This document shows positions 18,809 to 28,866 of a stretch of DNA of 64,000 nt, one piece after another. The DNA is from an uncultured Candidatus Poseidoniales archaeon (GTDB lineage Archaea > Thermoplasmatota > Poseidoniia > Poseidoniales > Thalassarchaeaceae). The stretch is from positions 43,102-107,101 of the forward strand of contig CAWVXH010000003.1 in NCBI GenBank assembly GCA_963934165.1, written 5' to 3'. Position 1 is the stretch's first letter; every line of letters starts with the position of its first letter. A model generated the notes under the pieces. It was not told the origin of the DNA and searched no databases. It was given only the letters and a program-made list of their open reading frames with translations. The translations under genes were made by a program, and so were the position numbers.

Positions 18809-19816
18809 ATGGAATTCCGGGAGGGTTGTTGGAGTTATGACGGCCAAGCTGCAGATAGGCTTTGGAATAAATCAGCTTTAGGGAGGCCAAACCAAAATGG
18901 TATTCTGCATTTAACATCTTCAGAATTATTGTTTTGCCATAAATACCGACACATCGATTTACCATCTGCTAATTGGCTAATGGAGATGCTCTCTTTGGAA
19001 CCAAATTTAATTGACGAGTTTTCAATATTAGAAGCATTACGTATGCCAGGTAATCGTATTGTGTTACACAATCATCTACATCAAATGAATCATTCATTCG
19101 AAAAAAGCACTTGGGGATTAAGATGGGATTCAAATAGCCATCCAAGAAATAGTGATCCCGTTTCAGAAATACGTTGGTTTCGATCATCTGACCCATTCGA
19201 CCCTGTTGAATTAATAAAATGGAGCGAAGTAGTGGAAAAGAAGAACAGAATTGCTGAAATATTAATTGTTGATGAAGAACAAGCCGTTGTAACTTATAAT
19301 TTATCTAATAAATCACCCAATGGGCAGTTAATTCCGCCATCACAAGAGTTACTCCAAAAATTGAATGCAATAAATAGCATTGACATTGGTGAGGGAAAAC
19401 ATTTTTTCAATACTACCAAAATTTGGCCAGTGGAGCAATTAGGTATCCCAATGGACGAAGGTAGATTCTTAGATTCATATTCTGTAGAATTAATTCAAAA
19501 TCAAAATTCTCTTTCCTCGGGTGCAAGAATTCTATCTGATCTTTTATCTAGAGGATTACATCCAAGACCTGGATTCAAATACGGCACTCGATGGAGATGT
19601 TATGATCAATCAATAGGCCAAGATCACGCCCCTTGGTTGATATCGGACCCTGACGAAAGATCAATGGATTGGGGAGATGCATGTTTGACATCTAGGTTGT
19701 CGTCGGGTGTTAACAAAACATGGCTTTATCCAGTCGAAAAAAATGAGATTTGGGGATTTCTAGCAATTACTAGACCTCCTGCCAATGCAAGATGGAATAA
19801 TCCGATTAGAAAATAA
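18809..19816 (+). CDS. endA: tRNA-splicing endonuclease, two-repeat (alpha'2-type) architecture
   Basis: C-terminal catalytic repeat RPGFKYGTRWRCY....HAPWLI; N-terminal degenerate repeat; about 335 aa, like the homodimeric euryarchaeal enzymes. Confidence 0.7.
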   Translation: MEFREGCWSYDGQAADRLWNKSALGRPNQNGILHLTSSELLFCHKYRHIDLPSANWLMEMLSLEPNLIDEFSILEALRMPGNRIVLHNHLHQMNHSFEKSTWGLRWDSNSHPRNSDPVSEIRWFRSSDPFDPVELIKWSEVVEKKNRIAEILIVDEEQAVVTYNLSNKSPNGQLIPPSQELLQKLNAINSIDIGEGKHFFNTTKIWPVEQLGIPMDEGRFLDSYSVELIQNQNSLSSGARILSDLLSRGLHPRPGFKYGTRWRCYDQSIGQDHAPWLISDPDERSMDWGDACLTSRLSSGVNKTWLYPVEKNEIWGFLAITRPPANARWNNPIRK

Positions 19817-21817
19817 TTATTCTTCAGTTTCATCATTTGACGGAACTTTCCGATTCGTTTTTTCACTACCACTGATAATTGAAAGAGAGAGAAGAATTGT
19901 TATCATAAAAATTCCATTAGAAGGTTCTGAAAGCCATGAAAGCATTGGATTCGAATCAAAAGATGATTCGGCTTCTAAAACAATTTGTATTCGTTGTTCT
20001 ATTCCGAAATCGTCGACAAAAATTATTTCCCCTCTAGCCACCATACCTGGAACCAATAAACCATCAGGGTCAATTTCGATTGCTATTCCATCTCCAGAGG
20101 TTATTTTACCTTGAGAAAGAACAGTAGAAATTCTTGATGCTGCCCCATCTATCGTGATATCATAATTTCGAGAACCTGTTCCTGCATAATCAAGATTAAC
20201 AATAATTTGAGATTTATGTTTAGAATTAATTTTCAAATTAACCTCTTTCGTAATTATTCGGTTGCCAACTCTATACCAATCTAATTCAAAATTTGTTGAG
20301 TCTGAATTTGAACATCCAATCAATCCATTGATTTTTCCGGCTGAAGGAGAACTGCTATCGACTTGGATTATTTTGATTAAATTCAATCCTTCAGGGATAA
20401 TTATTGTATCAATAAAATTTTGCTCGGGAAAGGAGGAAATATTGTAATTTAGATTACAGGGAATGGGGGCGATGACGTCAACAAAAGCCGACTCACCATC
20501 CAATAATTCAATCGGTGAGCGTGGGGGTATCACTTTTACAGAATCAACAGATTGAGTTGGAGAGATTGTAATTACCGCACTATCAGCTGTTATTTGATAA
20601 ACTTCGGCAACCCAATTAACTAATCTACCCCGATGATCCCTGAGTGACATCCCATTTTCATAATTAATACCTCCAAATACATCTCCAGATTGAAATGGGT
20701 CCCCAGAACTACCACTATCTCGATTACGGATTAACGCATCATCACCATCTGCTTCGATAATAATTACCCAAGCATTTTTCGGATCGGTATTGGCTAAATT
20801 ATTTCTTTCATCACCATTATTTCTATTTTGATGCTCAACCAAAATTCCTGAGCCTGGTAAACTTGAATCGAAACCATGATTTGAACGATATGAAATATGG
20901 AAATATTCATTTTCTGAACTTTCAATTGTAAGATAATGCCCTCCATTAGATAACGGAGATAGTTCGAAGTCACCACCAATATATGGATCGATAATAATTG
21001 ATCTATTAGCACCTATAATATCCAAGGTCGAAGCAATTGGTAGTGCGGGAGAGTTTCCATTTCCATTCCAATTACCACTGGCCATCAATCCCCAATCACC
21101 CACACCATTCCAAGAACGAGTGGGCAATTCACTATGAACATCATAGAGATCTAATGCCCCCATCTGATGTATCATTTCATGAGCAATAGTCCCCATTCCC
21201 GACTCAGTGGAAGCAATTGTGTAATGGGGAACCGTCCACCCCCCAAGTTTGATCGGTTCATCTAATTCAGAAAAATGACTCCAAATTGAATCTGTATCTC
21301 CGCCTATTTCTTGTGGATTCGCTGAATGGAGAATTAATAATCTATCAATAATACCATCAGAATTTAAATCCCACTGGGAAAGATTTTTGCCAGTCAATCT
21401 AGATGTCACAACCTGTTTTACCAATTCACCGACTCCAGCACCATCAAGTCCGTAATCTCGTTCATCAGAACTATCTGCACCCCAAAATTTCAATGATTCG
21501 GTAGATTCCCAAGTTTCTCCAAATAATGTAGTTACAACGATTGAATTATTAGCAGAAACTTGAGAAATATAAGATTCTACAGAGCCAGAGCCAGATAATT
21601 GTGACTGGGCAGCATTTTTATCGAATTCATTAGATGGAAAAGATACTTGCAGAACTAGCCAATTTTCTCTAGGTTGAATACCTACTAAAAAATTATCTTC
21701 ATTTATCGGGTCCTCTGCATTTGACTCTAACCAATCATCGACCAATGCGGGATTTAAATTCACAAATAACCCGAATAACAATAATGTGGCAGCAGCAATG
21801 GCCCTCGCTGCATTCAT
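19817..21817 (-). CDS. Secreted, C-terminally anchored M6 (InhA-like) metalloprotease
   Basis: Signal peptide; GTIAHEMIHQMGALDLYD (HExxH followed by DLYD, as in the M6 domain); C-terminal TM IFMITILLSLSIISG. Confidence 0.7.
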   Translation of the reverse strand: MNAARAIAAATLLLFGLFVNLNPALVDDWLESNAEDPINEDNFLVGIQPRENWLVLQVSFPSNEFDKNAAQSQLSGSGSVESYISQVSANNSIVVTTLFGETWESTESLKFWGADSSDERDYGLDGAGVGELVKQVVTSRLTGKNLSQWDLNSDGIIDRLLILHSANPQEIGGDTDSIWSHFSELDEPIKLGGWTVPHYTIASTESGMGTIAHEMIHQMGALDLYDVHSELPTRSWNGVGDWGLMASGNWNGNGNSPALPIASTLDIIGANRSIIIDPYIGGDFELSPLSNGGHYLTIESSENEYFHISYRSNHGFDSSLPGSGILVEHQNRNNGDERNNLANTDPKNAWVIIIEADGDDALIRNRDSGSSGDPFQSGDVFGGINYENGMSLRDHRGRLVNWVAEVYQITADSAVITISPTQSVDSVKVIPPRSPIELLDGESAFVDVIAPIPCNLNYNISSFPEQNFIDTIIIPEGLNLIKIIQVDSSSPSAGKINGLIGCSNSDSTNFELDWYRVGNRIITKEVNLKINSKHKSQIIVNLDYAGTGSRNYDITIDGAASRISTVLSQGKITSGDGIAIEIDPDGLLVPGMVARGEIIFVDDFGIEQRIQIVLEAESSFDSNPMLSWLSEPSNGIFMITILLSLSIISGSEKTNRKVPSNDETEE

Positions 21818-21863
21818 ACTTCACGCTCATCGATACCTGCTTTCAATCCAATGCATCCATGAA

Positions 21864-22967
21864 CTACTCTTCTGAAGAAAACGGGAGTGATTTGAGCATT
21901 CCATCGTCGTTAATTGTCGGATTGTCAAGCCAACTCAATCCAGAAAACTCACATTGATTATTTTTGATTCTTTCTTGCATCCTAATTGGCAACGGTGAAG
22001 CATCACATCCGGTAATTACCAGTTGAGTTAACTTCTTTCCTATTATTAAATCTATAATTGCATTTTGTTCAAATGGATTTAAACAGATTGCATTACACTT
22101 TGGGTTAGCTATTCCTTCAAAATTCCATGATTCTGGGGTTTTGGGGGAAGAACCTTCACAAGAACAATCAACAACACCGACCCTCTCTATATTTCCATTG
22201 AAAGAGACATTAGATACCTCAAATATTCTTGTACCAAGTAATGGGTTGGGCAATGTTGCTGAAATACGATCTGCGATAAGAATGGTGAGGATAGAAATAA
22301 AAACTCTCAAACCATCATAAACCAATGGAAGAGATATAATTAAAATTGAGCTAGATATTAGTAATATTCGAATTCTGAATTTAGCATGGCCATTTTCAAC
22401 CAAACCAATTAACCTAGCGAATCCCAACGTTATTATCACTATGGTGCCAATCAAAATTACCCAAGAAATACCTATACCAATACCTAATATTGATGCTGCA
22501 TCATATCTTTTCCCAACGGATTCAACAAATGATGAAATTTCAAATAATTCGATCCATGATGGAATTATGTAAATCCAGACTAAAATGAAAATCAAAGGAG
22601 TGAAAAGTGTGCAGAAGAAAAGTGTTAGAGTAAACCATAAGTTTTCTTTAGTTGTCATTCCGATAACTGTAAATTTACGTAGCATTATTGAAAAAAATGG
22701 CATCGCAACTAAACATGCTATTATTAAGACGAGAGAGAATCTAATACTTAGCCAATCTGAAGGCGAATAATTTGTTAAATTCAATGAGTTATGCCCGATA
22801 TTGATCGATTCAAACCATAATGAAATTATATCATTGATAAAAAATGAGAGAATCACCGAAGAAATAATTACCAGAATCGCTGATTTTTGAAAGATGCTTC
22901 TTAATTGAATGAGGTGGTTGGAAAAATCGAAGCTAAATTCGTTTTTAACAAGTGATGACATATTCAA
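21864..22967 (-). CDS. TatC-like polytopic membrane protein fused to a C-terminal Cys-rich soluble domain
   Basis: HLIQLRSIF start, six hydrophobic segments and loop features parallel TatC (LTNYSPSDWL..., IGMTTKEN, LIGLVENGHAKFRIR). An extra ~120 aa carries 7 Cys. Divergent, no search done. Confidence 0.4.
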   Translation of the reverse strand: MNMSSLVKNEFSFDFSNHLIQLRSIFQKSAILVIISSVILSFFINDIISLWFESINIGHNSLNLTNYSPSDWLSIRFSLVLIIACLVAMPFFSIMLRKFTVIGMTTKENLWFTLTLFFCTLFTPLIFILVWIYIIPSWIELFEISSFVESVGKRYDAASILGIGIGISWVILIGTIVIITLGFARLIGLVENGHAKFRIRILLISSSILIISLPLVYDGLRVFISILTILIADRISATLPNPLLGTRIFEVSNVSFNGNIERVGVVDCSCEGSSPKTPESWNFEGIANPKCNAICLNPFEQNAIIDLIIGKKLTQLVITGCDASPLPIRMQERIKNNQCEFSGLSWLDNPTINDDGMLKSLPFSSEE

Positions 22968-23962
22968 AGTATATCCTTGATTTCTGGATTAACAGAGGAT
23001 GATAAAATGGTTCGGTAAATTCCGTAAAAAGCCCATCCACTGACGAAAAATGCCACTCCAATGAAGAAATCAGAAACATTTCCTTCTGATAACCACTTTA
23101 CTCCAAAATAGAATGCTAATATGGCAACTACTCCTCTCCGAAATCCTTGTGGATACGCTAATTCTAAAGCGAGATGTTCTGGTTTTTCACCATACTTTCT
23201 ATCAAATATTTCTCTCTGAATAACAGATCCGATAATTAAAAATGTTAAGCTGAACCAATAGAATAAATTCCCTTGAGAAAACACTCTTTCGGATATCGCC
23301 TTCTGGTGCGCAGCTTCTATTTCAGATGCTGATTCTTCGATGACAAACAATGAATCATAATCACCTACTGATATAGTTCGTGTAGAAAGCACAGCACCAC
23401 TTTCATCTTCAGAAATTGTACCTGGTGCAGTAATTGAAAAACTTAACAGATTCCAATAATCTCCTGCATCAGCACCACCACTACCATCAACTGAATTTCC
23501 GGCGAGATAAAAGTGAATTGAACCCACATCAGCCGTTGGGGCACTCCAAGTTACAACCCAAATTCCATCCGTATCCACATCTGAGTGAGAAATATCGTCA
23601 GGGTTACTGTCCGCATTTCGAATGTCTTCATCATCAGACCAAGAAAATTGGCCAAGAGAATTCGAAGATAATAGGAACCCCGCTTGTGTATTTCCATCGC
23701 CACCAGAAAGTGTTAACGAATCTGCAACGGTTATTGTAAAGTTGTAAGAGGAACCGACTTCATACATTACTGGGACACCAGTAATCATTACTACTGCTTG
23801 ATTTGAGGGGGATCCGGAATTATGGCAAGTACATCCATATTCAACGGTAGAATTTCCTTGATCATTTGTTCCAGGAGGCCCATTACTGCTGGCTAATGAT
23901 GAAAAAGAAAGCATTCCCACAATGAGTAATACGATTAGTGCTTGCATTACTCGGGACCGCAT
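22964..23962 (-). CDS. Secreted beta-rich (reeler/DOMON-like?) domain protein with a GCTCH motif and a 3-TM C-terminal anchor
   Basis: Signal peptide MRSRVMQALIVLLIVGMLSFSSLASS; YGCTCHN; WVVTWSAPTADVGSIHFYLAGNSVDGSGG; three C-terminal TM helices. 4-nt overlap with the downstream TatC-like gene. Confidence 0.5.
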   Translation of the reverse strand: MRSRVMQALIVLLIVGMLSFSSLASSNGPPGTNDQGNSTVEYGCTCHNSGSPSNQAVVMITGVPVMYEVGSSYNFTITVADSLTLSGGDGNTQAGFLLSSNSLGQFSWSDDEDIRNADSNPDDISHSDVDTDGIWVVTWSAPTADVGSIHFYLAGNSVDGSGGADAGDYWNLLSFSITAPGTISEDESGAVLSTRTISVGDYDSLFVIEESASEIEAAHQKAISERVFSQGNLFYWFSLTFLIIGSVIQREIFDRKYGEKPEHLALELAYPQGFRRGVVAILAFYFGVKWLSEGNVSDFFIGVAFFVSGWAFYGIYRTILSSSVNPEIKDIL

Positions 23963-24038
23963 CCTAACACCTTCAAAACTTTGGAGAATCATTCATCTCA
24001 TAACCATTACTCGGAACCTTTGATTTAAAGTATCAAAC

Positions 24039-25520
24039 TCAAAACTCCTTAATGGCTGAATTTAGTTCGTTCATCATCTTTTTACCATCGCCGAAGAGCA
24101 TCATAGTTTTGTCTTCAAAAAAGAGGTCATTATCAACGCCAGCATAACCAACATTGAGACTACGCTTGATGACAACGACAACACGAGCCTTGTCGGCATC
24201 AATAATTGGCATTCCACCAAGTGGGCCCTCTCCTGAACGAGCAACGGGATTGACAGTATCGTTAGCGCCGATCACTAGTGCAACATCACATTCAGGCATC
24301 TCTAAATTGATATCGTCCATTTCAATCAACTGTTCGTATGGTACATTAGCCTCAGCAAGTAACACATTCATATGCCCTGGCATTCGACCTGCGACTGGAT
24401 GAATTCCATACTTTATCTCAACTCCTTGAGACTCTAGTAGATCAGCGAATTCTTTGACTGCGTGTTGTGCTTGGCTAACAGCCATCCCATATCCTGGGAT
24501 AATAACACAATTACTGATTCCATCACAAACCATAGCCACCTCTTCAGGGTCACTACCAACTTTTGTTCGTGTAACGGTTTCACGACCGCTGCCACCAAAT
24601 GATTTGAAGAGAACAGCAATCAACGTACGATTCATTGCTTTACACATAATGAATGTCAAAATTAACCCTGCAGCACCGACCATTGAACCTGCAATAATCA
24701 ATACATTATTGCCAATTACGAATCCTGTGAATGCAGCTGCTATTCCAGACATTGAATTCAACAAACTAACAACAACCGGCATATCTGCGCCACCAATTGG
24801 CAGCACGAACAAGATTCCGAGCAAACAAGATGATGCGACTAGACCGTAGATATAATCGGTATTTGTCGGCTCTTGAATTGTTAAAACCACTAGAGCAAGA
24901 GAAACAAATAACATTGCAACCTTGACGAGATTCAACCATGGAGGACCCCATGTAGGGAAATTTACCCACTTGCGGCGTCCACGTGAATCCTTCTTTGTGA
25001 AAGGAATGTAAAATCCACCCATCAACTTGCCCATTGCCATCAGACTACCCGTGAGAGTTAGCCAACCAACAAGACCCGAAAGACCAATTGCAACCCAGAT
25101 TGCATACAATTCGACACCAGGTTCGGGAACATTGCCACTTTGCAGACGGGACAAAACTTCAGAAAGCCCAACAAGCGCTGAAGCAGCACCACCAAATCCG
25201 TTGAAAAGAGCGACTAGTTCGGGCATACCAGTCATTTCAACGCGGACAGCCATCCACCAACCGATGAGTGAGCCAAGTGCCAAACCACCAACAATTAGTT
25301 CGTAACCAATGATGCCATCAGTATACATTTTCCCGAGTGTAACAAGAACCGCTAGGAGCATTCCTTGAGCACCCATTTTGTTACCATCAGGAGCAGTTCT
25401 TGGACTAGATAATTTCTTGATCCCCATGATGAAAAGTGCAGCAGAGACTAGATAGCCAATATCCCAAACAACTGCGTCAACCATTCTATTCACCACCTTT
25501 CTTTCTGTGCTTGCCAGCAA
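24039..25520 (-). CDS. pntB: NAD(P) transhydrogenase subunit beta
   Basis: Multi-TM N-terminus plus dIII domain GYGMAVSQAQH...HPVAGRMPGHMNVLLAEA. Confidence 0.9.
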   Translation of the reverse strand: MLASTERKVVNRMVDAVVWDIGYLVSAALFIMGIKKLSSPRTAPDGNKMGAQGMLLAVLVTLGKMYTDGIIGYELIVGGLALGSLIGWWMAVRVEMTGMPELVALFNGFGGAASALVGLSEVLSRLQSGNVPEPGVELYAIWVAIGLSGLVGWLTLTGSLMAMGKLMGGFYIPFTKKDSRGRRKWVNFPTWGPPWLNLVKVAMLFVSLALVVLTIQEPTNTDYIYGLVASSCLLGILFVLPIGGADMPVVVSLLNSMSGIAAAFTGFVIGNNVLIIAGSMVGAAGLILTFIMCKAMNRTLIAVLFKSFGGSGRETVTRTKVGSDPEEVAMVCDGISNCVIIPGYGMAVSQAQHAVKEFADLLESQGVEIKYGIHPVAGRMPGHMNVLLAEANVPYEQLIEMDDINLEMPECDVALVIGANDTVNPVARSGEGPLGGMPIIDADKARVVVVIKRSLNVGYAGVDNDLFFEDKTMMLFGDGKKMMNELNSAIKEF

Positions 25521-25809
25521 TCATTTTCAACATCTTGTTGGTAACCATGAATCCTCCAACAACATTGATTGATGCCATTACTAATGCAGCAAATGCAAGC
25601 CAAGCAGCTGTACCTGGATTTCCATTATTGAAAGCTGCGTTAGATAAGAAAAGTGCACCTACAATTGTAATTCCTGAAATTGCATTGGCGCCAGACATCA
25701 ATGGAGTATGCAACGTTGGAGGAACCTTGCTAATCAACTCAAAACCAAGGAAGATTGCTAAAACAAAAACGGTGATGCTGCCGATTAATGCGGCTAGTGT
25801 GAGGCTCAT
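25486..25809 (-). CDS. pntAB: NAD(P) transhydrogenase subunit alpha, membrane part 2
   Basis: About 100-aa 3-TM protein with TPLMSGANAISGI. Overlaps its neighbours as in split pnt operons. Confidence 0.85.
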   Translation of the reverse strand: MSLTLAALIGSITVFVLAIFLGFELISKVPPTLHTPLMSGANAISGITIVGALFLSNAAFNNGNPGTAAWLAFAALVMASINVVGGFMVTNKMLKMIAGKHRKKGGE

Positions 25810-26969
25810 TCAACCACCCCAGCAAGACGCGATTGCTTCTCATGTATTGCCCCGTCTGTGCAAATCAAGACCCCACCCATTCCTGGGATGTGGAAGTCAC
25901 TACCTTCTGGAGCACCAACAAGAATATCGTCTTCTAAATCCAAAGATAATTCTCCATCTTTAACAAGTGAGGTGACAAATGTAGTGAGGTTGTTTGAGTA
26001 AAGCATACTAGCTGAAGATGGTAATTGGCCAGGTAAATTTGGCGAACCAACTATTGTTACCCCGTTATCTGTGACTATAATTTTTCCAACTTCTGTAAGT
26101 TCACAGTTTCCACCAACATCAGCATTCATGTCGACTACGACAGAACCGACCTTGAAATTCTCAATAGCACTCGCTGGAATGGTAATTGGGGCAGGACGAC
26201 CAAAGATTCTAGCAGTTGTAACAATGACATCTGCATCTGAAGCCACTTCACAAACTGTGTCATTGACCTTCTGAATAAATTCAGGAGTCAATGGCTTTGC
26301 ATATCCGGATTCATCTTCAAAATCATCCATTCCATCAACTTCAATGAATCGGCCCCCAACCGATTCTATTTGTTCGGCAGCGGATTTCCTAACATCTGAG
26401 GCAAATACAATAGCGCCAAGTCGCTTTGCAGTAGCAATCGCTTGCAAACCTGCAACGCCTGAACCCATGATGACAAATTTAGCCGGCCGTATAGTACCAG
26501 CACTAGTAGTCATCATTGGAATCCCTTTAGGCACTTGAGCAGCCCCGGTTAGTACCGCTTTGTAGCCAGCAAGATTGTCTTGACTACTGTTAACGTCCAT
26601 CGCTTGTGCACGAGAAAGTCTCCGGGGAATCATATCCATACTGAAGAGTGTAATCTTCGCAGCCATTGCTGCCTTGACCTTTTCGGGACATCTGAATGGA
26701 TCAGAAACACATGCTACCATTTTTCCCTCTTTCATGCCATCTAATTCAGGCATATCGATGGAAATTACAATATCTGCGGACAAAGCTGTTGTTCGGTCAC
26801 AGATAGTAGCACCTGCGTTAGAATATTGCAAATCTGAATGGTAAGCATTTACACCAGCCCCTGATTCAACAAGAACATCAAATCCTAACTTCTTTAATTT
26901 CTTTATCGAATTTGGAACAATAGCAACTCTATTTTCACCATCTGGTTCTGTAATAACTCCAAGCAGCAT
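25806..26969 (-). CDS. pntAA: NAD(P) transhydrogenase subunit alpha, part 1 (AlaDH/PNT domain)
   Basis: VPKE-like N-terminus; SRAQAMDVNSSQDNLAGYKAV; VIMGSGVAGLQAIATAKRLGA Rossmann motif. Confidence 0.9.
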   Translation of the reverse strand: MLLGVITEPDGENRVAIVPNSIKKLKKLGFDVLVESGAGVNAYHSDLQYSNAGATICDRTTALSADIVISIDMPELDGMKEGKMVACVSDPFRCPEKVKAAMAAKITLFSMDMIPRRLSRAQAMDVNSSQDNLAGYKAVLTGAAQVPKGIPMMTTSAGTIRPAKFVIMGSGVAGLQAIATAKRLGAIVFASDVRKSAAEQIESVGGRFIEVDGMDDFEDESGYAKPLTPEFIQKVNDTVCEVASDADVIVTTARIFGRPAPITIPASAIENFKVGSVVVDMNADVGGNCELTEVGKIIVTDNGVTIVGSPNLPGQLPSSASMLYSNNLTTFVTSLVKDGELSLDLEDDILVGAPEGSDFHIPGMGGVLICTDGAIHEKQSRLAGVVE

Positions 26970-27093
26970 ATTTTCTCACCCCTCATAATCAGCCTAGGCT
27001 CATCATAGGTAGACTTCCGAAACGAAGTCGATTATTGAATCAAACGGATGACACAGTTCAGGTATGGTATTGAATGAGCTATTAAATTATAAT

Positions 27094-27774
27094 TTAGAAC
27101 AGTAAAACATACCCTATTCCAAAGATTACAATATCACATATTGCATGCGATATCCAACAGACAAATATAGAATTAAACCGGAGATAGAGCCAGGACCAAA
27201 TAAGTCCTGCGCCTAATATGCCAATTGTCGATAACAATACTTGCCAAGGTTCAAAATAATACGCCAGGGCTAGTGTGTGATGGACAGTAAAAAATATTGC
27301 AGAACCCACTATTGCTAATGGTTGATTATCGGTTATTTGAAATAATTTTGTGGTGACAAATTTTCGGAAAACGAATTCTTCGGCTAGCGAATTCACAAAT
27401 ATCCAATACACTACACCTAAAACAAATATTTTTGGCGTCAATAAACCAGTTTCTCCAATCTCAAATTTCATCAGATCAAGATTAATTGTATTATAAAACA
27501 AGAAGTAAACCATTAAAATAATTGAGGCCATTACCATTCCTGAAAAAAATCCATATTTGAGCCCTAATGATTTGGGAATTGATAAATCAATTTTTTCCCT
27601 ATCTACACATAGAGTCCAATAGATTGGCACCCCTATGAGAAGAATCTTTAATGAAATAAATGCAAATTGGGAAAATAACACCGTATATTCTAAACTATAA
27701 TTAATGTAAATTGACAAAGATGGAAAAATTCCAATTAGTAATAATGGTAAGTAAGAGTTTTGAGAATCTTTCAT
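27094..27774 (-). CDS. CPBP-family intramembrane metalloprotease (CAAX protease/Abi)
   Basis: SLAEEFVFRKF (EExxxR), FFTVHHT and ISHAICD motifs in a multi-TM protein; internal Met start chosen. Confidence 0.7.
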   Translation of the reverse strand: MKDSQNSYLPLLLIGIFPSLSIYINYSLEYTVLFSQFAFISLKILLIGVPIYWTLCVDREKIDLSIPKSLGLKYGFFSGMVMASIILMVYFLFYNTINLDLMKFEIGETGLLTPKIFVLGVVYWIFVNSLAEEFVFRKFVTTKLFQITDNQPLAIVGSAIFFTVHHTLALAYYFEPWQVLLSTIGILGAGLIWSWLYLRFNSIFVCWISHAICDIVIFGIGYVLLF

Positions 27775-27887
27775 AATTCCCCCTAAATGACACCCCCGAA
27801 TCAATCTTGCCCCTGTACATGTTGAGAATGACTCGTTCACTAAAGGCTAAGGACATAGGGCGGGCGCATTCAAAACGAAGTGAGTTA

Positions 27888-28826
27888 ATGACACGCGAAG
27901 CGAGAAAAATTACAGTTATTGGAGCCGGGAATGTGGGGGCATCTTGTGCATTCGTTTTAGCTCAAAGAAAATTGGGTGAAATTGTCCTATTGGATATTTA
28001 TGAAGGGTTCGCTAAAGGTAAAGCTCTAGATATGAGTCAAGGTGGACAGGTTTTGAATTACGATGGAATTGTCACTGGAACTTCGAGTTACAAAGACATT
28101 ACTGATTCGGACGTAATTGTCGTCACCTCTGGCTTCCCAAGACAACCAGGGATGACAAGAGAAGATTTAATCGGTAAAAATGCAGAAATTATCACTCAAG
28201 TTGGAACCGGAATTAAAGAGCACGCTCCGAATGCTATCATAATCATGGTGACCAACCCACTAGATTTAATGACATTTCATATGCAAAAAGTCACGGGATT
28301 CCCTTCAAATCGAGTAATTGGTCAAGCAGGAATTCTAGACTCTGCAAGGATGACGCATTTCGTTTCGGATGCAATCGGGTGTTCGAATGAAGATGTTCAA
28401 GCAATGGTATTGGGAGGACATGGAGATACCATGGTTCCACTACCAAGATATACAACAGCGGGTGGAATTCCAATTACACAACTTCTAGATGAAGAAACAA
28501 TTGATGCGATTTCGAAAAGAACCGCGAATGGAGGGGGAGAGATTGTCAAATTACTGGAACGTGGAAGTGCATTCTATGCACCCGGAAGTGCAGCAGCGAT
28601 TATGGCAGAAGCCGTGTTAAATGATAGGCGAAGACTATTGCCTTGTAGTGCTCTCCTAAACGGAGAATATGGGTTGAATGATGTATACATCGGAGTGCCA
28701 ATAATTCTAGGTAAAAATGGAGTTGAAGAAATAATTGAATTAGATTTAGAAGAACATGAACTTATTAGTTTACAAGAATCTGCAAATTTCTATAAGACTC
28801 AATTAAGCGAGATTTTAGGATACTGA
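27888..28826 (+). CDS. mdh: Malate dehydrogenase (LDH-like)
   Basis: KITVIGAGNVGAS, GFPRQPGMTREDL, GGHGDTMVP. ATG at 27888 gives the canonical N-terminus. Confidence 0.9.
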   Translation: MTREARKITVIGAGNVGASCAFVLAQRKLGEIVLLDIYEGFAKGKALDMSQGGQVLNYDGIVTGTSSYKDITDSDVIVVTSGFPRQPGMTREDLIGKNAEIITQVGTGIKEHAPNAIIIMVTNPLDLMTFHMQKVTGFPSNRVIGQAGILDSARMTHFVSDAIGCSNEDVQAMVLGGHGDTMVPLPRYTTAGGIPITQLLDEETIDAISKRTANGGGEIVKLLERGSAFYAPGSAAAIMAEAVLNDRRRLLPCSALLNGEYGLNDVYIGVPIILGKNGVEEIIELDLEEHELISLQESANFYKTQLSEILGY

Positions 28827-28866
28827 ACATCCGTTGGGTTCTTTGCTGAACCTTTCTAACATCAGT

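Noticed and set aside
23932-23992. Twin-arginine signal in front of the CxCH protein (RMRSRVM), given the TatC-like neighbour
   Set aside because: There is no consecutive RR and no (S/T)RRxFLK-like context. It reads as an ordinary Sec-type signal peptide.
24154-25963. Several plus-strand ORFs (82-175 aa) inside the pnt operon
   Set aside because: They are antisense to strongly supported pntB/pntAB/pntAA. Their Pro/Ser/Thr/Ala-rich composition is that of mirror frames of membrane-protein genes.
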